Origin: Candidatus Firestoneibacteriota bacterium
GTDB lineage: Bacteria > Oederibacteriota > D2-FULL-39-29 > JBDRBU01
Assembly (NCBI GenBank): GCA_043822305.1
Contig: JBDRBU010000018.1
Location: forward strand, 1-28,997
Reading direction: 5' to 3'
DNA: 28,997 nucleotides
Shown: piece after piece, positions 25,094-28,997 of the stretch
Position numbering within the stretch: the stretch's first letter is position 1
Layout of the letters: each line of letters starts with the position of its first letter
Notes under the pieces: model-generated
The model's input: the letters and a program-made list of their open reading frames with translations, nothing else
What the model was told of the DNA's origin: nothing
Databases searched by the model: none
Made by a program: the position numbers and the translations under genes

Positions 25094-27217
25094 TTAGAAT
25101 TTTAATTCATATACATTTGCTTCATAGGTCTTCCATTTATCTTTAAAAATATTTTCACCTCCTTTCAATTCTTTATTTGTTCTTAAATTTTTAATGGTCT
25201 TAACAGCACTGGTAAATCTCATTTCAATAGTTGCTTCTTTACCAGATTCTAATCCTTCTATTTTTCCTAAACTATCTGTTGTTGCCCCTCTAGTAGGATT
25301 TGCAACAACACATAAATAATATGTATTTTCTTTTTTCCAAAATATTGATTCTATAACAGGAAATTCCTTACCTTTTATAGTTATTTTTACTTTGGATTTA
25401 ATCCCGTTTTCTTCCAAAATCTCTCTAACAATACCTCTCCATTGTTCTCCATACTTTGATGTTCTCTTATTAATATCATTATATTCTAATGGTGTTAAGT
25501 TTAAATACACTGCTTTCCCTTTACCAATATTGTTTTTCACTATAACCTCAGCACTTGCTACTTTATCTTTAGAATGTTTATTTCTGCTTAAAGTCCCGCG
25601 TTCAGGAACAACTATATCATTCCATCTTATTGCTCCCTTATAACTTAATCTATCTATATATTTATTCTCATACAATTCTCCATTAACTTCAGTAACGGTC
25701 TTTCCATCAAAATAGCCCTTGCTTTCATCTCTTTTAATATCAAATAACTTGTCTAATATTCCTTCTCTTCTACCAACTCCATTTTCATCAAAAATTCCAA
25801 CCAGATAATCGCCTATAACTACTCCACCATCATTAACAAATTTTTCTATGGATTTTGCTTCTTTATCCGATAATGCAAGTGTTCTATTTAATATTAAAAC
25901 TTTGTATTTCTTGGAAAAATTTTCATCTTTTAATTCATCATAACTAACTAGATCATATTGATAACCATTGTCTTCTAATATATTTAGCCATGCAACCCTA
26001 TTATGCAATTGTGTTTGATTATCACTTTCTAAAGAAGATGACCTATTGGGCCAAGTACTTCCATGAACTATTGAATCCATAGCCCAGCCTATTTGAATAG
26101 AAGGATGAGAATAATAAACGGCTATAGGGTCAGCATCAAACTCTGTGTTAATATCTAATATTGGTTTTGACATTTCCTGAACTTCTTTTATTGTGCTTTT
26201 CATATATACTAACCATCCAGCAGGTTGACCGTTTTTAAACCAACCTTCTGGCCAGGCGATTACACCTCTGCTTCCATGAACCATATAGTACCACAAGAAC
26301 CAGGACGCACTATATATATCTCCATTAGAAAACCATGTTTGAACATGAGTCTTTTCTTTTTTCCAGAACGACCTTAAAATTTCATTAGTATCTCCTATAT
26401 CATATGCCTCTATCCATTGAACAACCTTTGTAAGTTTTGAATAATCATATCCACCATATGCACATGGACACTGCCCACCAACAAAACCTGCTGGAGTAGT
26501 AGGGTCAAGAGAATTAGCATATTTTGTAAGTTCTAAAAGAGTGTCTGCAAAATATGTATCCATATAACTTCTCCAAACCATCCATTTTGATATATCCCAT
26601 TTTGATAACGGTAATTTTTCTACTTTCACCCTTACATCTTCATAACTACATGGATTCATACACTTAATTTTTCCCAAAACATTATTTTGATATTTCATAT
26701 ATGCTTTAATAGATGCAGGATGAGCATCAGTTTCTATGGGATTATTAAATGCCCCAGTTGAAATTTCATCATCAAAAGCATATCCTAAGACTAATCCATT
26801 TTTAGTCACAGAAATATTTTTCTTTAAACAAGATTTCATGGCTTCCATTACTTTTGGGTCCTTCCAACTATTTGGTCTGATTTGGACTTCCTTTTTTTTT
26901 CTTATTTTATCTACATCAACTTTTTTTAAATAAAGATATCCTTTATCAGCAGCATGGTCCACATAATACGGAATATTGTTCTCTTTTGAGAATTCAACCA
27001 ATTTTTTGTCACCAGAGCCCCTATCAATATGAAATCCATTTATATTTACACTTCTATAAGCATTTAAATCTTTTCTAACATCTGTTTCATATTGCCAGAC
27101 CAAAACAACAAACTTGTCCCAGTATTCCTTTGGTGGAACACCATTAACCTTTTCTAATTCATATGCACTTAAAACCCCAAAAAATATGAGAACAAACAAA
27201 CCAATCTTTTCAATCAT
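25094..27217 (-). CDS. Putative exported GH-A/GH42-like glycosidase with beta-galactosidase trimerization domain
   Basis: Short signal-like N-terminus; AFDDEI and WIEAYD candidate catalytic glutamates; IAVYYS.PS, YKVLIL...ALSD.E...I..FV..GG..I.D...G.FDE, GKGKAVYLN. Confidence 0.65.
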   Translation of the reverse strand: MIEKIGLFVLIFFGVLSAYELEKVNGVPPKEYWDKFVVLVWQYETDVRKDLNAYRSVNINGFHIDRGSGDKKLVEFSKENNIPYYVDHAADKGYLYLKKVDVDKIRKKKEVQIRPNSWKDPKVMEAMKSCLKKNISVTKNGLVLGYAFDDEISTGAFNNPIETDAHPASIKAYMKYQNNVLGKIKCMNPCSYEDVRVKVEKLPLSKWDISKWMVWRSYMDTYFADTLLELTKYANSLDPTTPAGFVGGQCPCAYGGYDYSKLTKVVQWIEAYDIGDTNEILRSFWKKEKTHVQTWFSNGDIYSASWFLWYYMVHGSRGVIAWPEGWFKNGQPAGWLVYMKSTIKEVQEMSKPILDINTEFDADPIAVYYSHPSIQIGWAMDSIVHGSTWPNRSSSLESDNQTQLHNRVAWLNILEDNGYQYDLVSYDELKDENFSKKYKVLILNRTLALSDKEAKSIEKFVNDGGVVIGDYLVGIFDENGVGRREGILDKLFDIKRDESKGYFDGKTVTEVNGELYENKYIDRLSYKGAIRWNDIVVPERGTLSRNKHSKDKVASAEVIVKNNIGKGKAVYLNLTPLEYNDINKRTSKYGEQWRGIVREILEENGIKSKVKITIKGKEFPVIESIFWKKENTYYLCVVANPTRGATTDSLGKIEGLESGKEATIEMRFTSAVKTIKNLRTNKELKGGENIFKDKWKTYEANVYELKF

Positions 27218-27229
27218 AAACTCTCCTTT

Positions 27230-27274
27230 TGTAGCCGCAACCTTTATGGTTGCGTGAATTCCACAGCGACTACA
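27230..27274. repeat. GTAG-class REP with degenerate inverted partner
   Basis: GTAG (27231-27234) followed by hairpin CGCAACC-TTTAT-GGTTGCG; GCGACTACA (27266-27274) is an inverted match to TGTAGCCGC with one mismatch. Confidence 0.6.
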
Positions 27275-27290
27275 ACCTACAATTACAACT

Positions 27291-28343
27291 TTATTTAATC
27301 AAAGATATTTTCCCTGTCTTTTTATTACCCTGACTATCAAAAACAACATATAGATAAGTTCCAAGTGGTACATAATTACCCTTCTCATCTTTTCCATCCC
27401 ATATAATCATATATCCATCCTCTTTTAAAGTCCTAATCTTACTCCCACAAGCATCGTAAATATCCATCGTAGTTTCTAGTGGAACACTTATAACTTTGAC
27501 TGTTTTATCTGTAGATATTTTAAATGGATTAGGATATACTCTAACATTTGCAAAGGGATCAATTTTACCATCTTCATCAGGTGGAGGTGGAGAAGTACCA
27601 TATTCATAAGCACCTATATCAATCCTACCATCATTATTCCTGCTTGAACTTTTTAAATCTTTCACATATTCATATTGCGGAATTCCTGAATGAGAAACTC
27701 CACTTCCATCCATGTAAATAGGGGCGCTATTCCCAACATTTACACAAGAAGAAGTTGAAGACAAATAATAATCAGTTAAAAATTCAGGATTCGTTCCAGA
27801 AACAGTATTAACAAAATTAGTAGGAACTGTCATGCTTGATGGTAACCAGTTATTATAACCACCTGTGACCTTAACAGGAGTTCCATCATCATAAAAAAGA
27901 TTATCAGACCCATAAAATATATTATTATATAAAACTGCTTTTGAAGAAGATCCATTTACCCATATAAATTTATTAACACTCATTCCAGCAATAACCGTGT
28001 TATTTATCATGTATAATGTACCCTTCCTATCTCCTCCTACATCCTCACCAAAAATAATAAACTGAGAATCATTGTCAGGTTGCCTCGGAGCAGCACTACT
28101 CCTTTTTTTTATAACATTTCCTATTAATACAGCATTTGCATTTGCAGATGTTGTACTACCAGAATCTACAATATCTATCTCAGTACTATTTGCATCGCAA
28201 ATATAATTATACCATAATTCAATATAATGACCTCTTGTCTTTACATTATGCCCTAACTGACTGTTAAGTCCTCTTACACGAAATTTCAATTTTGGATTAT
28301 AATAAACATTCATAACAACAACCCCCTTGATCCCCCTTAACAA
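27291..28343 (-). pseudogene. 5'-truncated right-handed beta-helix / choice-of-anchor-Q-like protein with T9SS-like CTD
   Basis: No signal peptide or SD; the ORF-track start lies inside a hairpin; plausible protein begins about SQLGHNVKTRGHYIELWYN; NNT, NNIF, YYLS.TS.C.N.G, DIGAYEY, Pro linker, YPNP CTD. Confidence 0.6.
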
Positions 28344-28350
28344 AGGGGGA
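28331..28350. repeat. GC-rich hairpin TCCCCCTT-AACA-AAGGGGGA preceded by an extra CCCCCTT (REP-like)
   Basis: Perfect 8-bp stem; CCCCCTT also at 28322-28328. Confidence 0.6.
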
Positions 28351-28368
28351 ATACAATCCTCACGGCTT

Positions 28369-28539
28369 TCACTGACTATTTACAATAAATATATTGACTC
28401 TGACCCATTTTTTTAGTCCATTAGCACAAATAGCAGATACTTTAATCTTAAATAAAACATCTTTATCCCCTACTTCTGGAAGTGGAACATCTGTGTAGTT
28501 AAGTCCAATCTCTTTTTTATCTTTAACTAATGCTTTCAT
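28369..28539 (-). pseudogene. N-terminal remnant of a zinc-dependent MDR dehydrogenase (threonine/sorbitol dehydrogenase-like)
   Basis: Not in ORF track; my translation [56 protein letters not shown]; resemblance ends at AIC (usual AICGTD); ATGA overlap with the amidohydrolase stop. Confidence 0.8.
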
Positions 28540-28997
28540 AAAATTTTTTTTAAATTTTCACTTGCAATTTTTTTCTTTGAACTTAAAGGTATATCTGCGA
28601 ATTTTAATCTTGCAACAAAAGAAGAAGGATTCCAATTATAAAGATCTGTTCCAAATAAAACTTTATCATCTCCTAATTCTTTTACTATCCTTTCAAAATA
28701 CTCTGTTCGAAAAAAACAACCACCCGATACATCTACCCATAAATTTTTTAATCTTGCTTTTATTATGACTGGAACATTTTGATTCAAATACCTCATTCCA
28801 CCCATATGAGACATAATGATTTTTGCGTCTTTATATTTCCTTGCATAATGCAATATACCTTTCACATGCTCTGGATCACTTGCATGAAAATGAAGTGGAA
28901 TGTTTAATTCGATAGATTTTTCTATAATTGGATACATTAAAGGAGTTTTAGCTGGATACCCTTGAAGATACTGACAAAGTTCTCCAATTAAAAGAAA
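28536..28997 (-). CDS. Amidohydrolase_2-family metal-dependent hydrolase (5' end outside window)
   Basis: Frame open to the window edge ([23 protein letters not shown]...); P.HFH, IMSHMGG, N.WVD.SG, KVLFGTD, K.KI..EN. Confidence 0.88.
   Translation of the reverse strand, partial: FLLIGELCQYLQGYPAKTPLMYPIIEKSIELNIPLHFHASDPEHVKGILHYARKYKDAKIIMSHMGGMRYLNQNVPVIIKARLKNLWVDVSGGCFFRTEYFERIVKELGDDKVLFGTDLYNWNPSSFVARLKFADIPLSSKKKIASENLKKIL

Noticed and set aside
28265..28343. N-terminus MLRGIKGVVVMNV... of the 350-aa ORF
   Set aside because: Derived from hairpin/junction DNA; no signal peptide although the protein has an export-type CTD.
136..28406. CRISPR interpretation of the GC-rich palindromes
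   Set aside because: Copies are kilobases apart, not regularly spaced, and no cas genes are present.
3551..28768. Remaining 60-110 aa ORFs nested in or antisense to called genes
   Set aside because: All overlap well-supported CDSs and show no recognisable motifs.
1..28997. tRNA, rRNA, riboswitch or stop-codon recoding
   Set aside because: No cloverleaf or recognisable aptamer in the short intergenic gaps; conserved genes are intact under the standard code with TGA, TAA and TAG used as stops.

Overview
Low-GC (about 30% by eye) bacterial chromosomal window from a diderm organism (AsmA-family protein, PorV-like beta-barrel, LpoA-like lipoprotein). It uses canonical TTGACA/TATAAT promoters and AGGAG Shine-Dalgarno sites, which argues against Bacteroidota; an Elusimicrobiota-like or candidate-phylum host is my inference only. 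Left part (0.3-12.5 kb): a cell-surface cluster. It has an AsmA-like protein, an M6 metalloprotease with a T9SS-like C-terminal domain (CTD) followed by a PorV/PorQ-like barrel, and a pilV/pilW/pilX-like minor-pilin trio whose PilV-like member is a 797-aa adhesin-like giant. Divergent from the pilins is a PilH/PilI/PilG-like ABC module. Right part (12.6-29 kb): all minus strand. It has rlmB, cysS, MauE/DoxX, rhodanese, an HNH nuclease + beta-class amino-methyltransferase pair (candidate type II R-M), VanZ, an LpoA-like lipoprotein with an inserted domain, GH57, TPR, PHP, and a sugar-catabolic cluster. At about 28.3-28.5 kb an apparent deletion scar joins two gene remnants. Several promoters predict leaderless mRNAs, and the intergenic gaps hold several REP/MITE-like hairpins. 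No rRNA, tRNA or CRISPR array seen. All family assignments are by eye from motifs; no searches were run.
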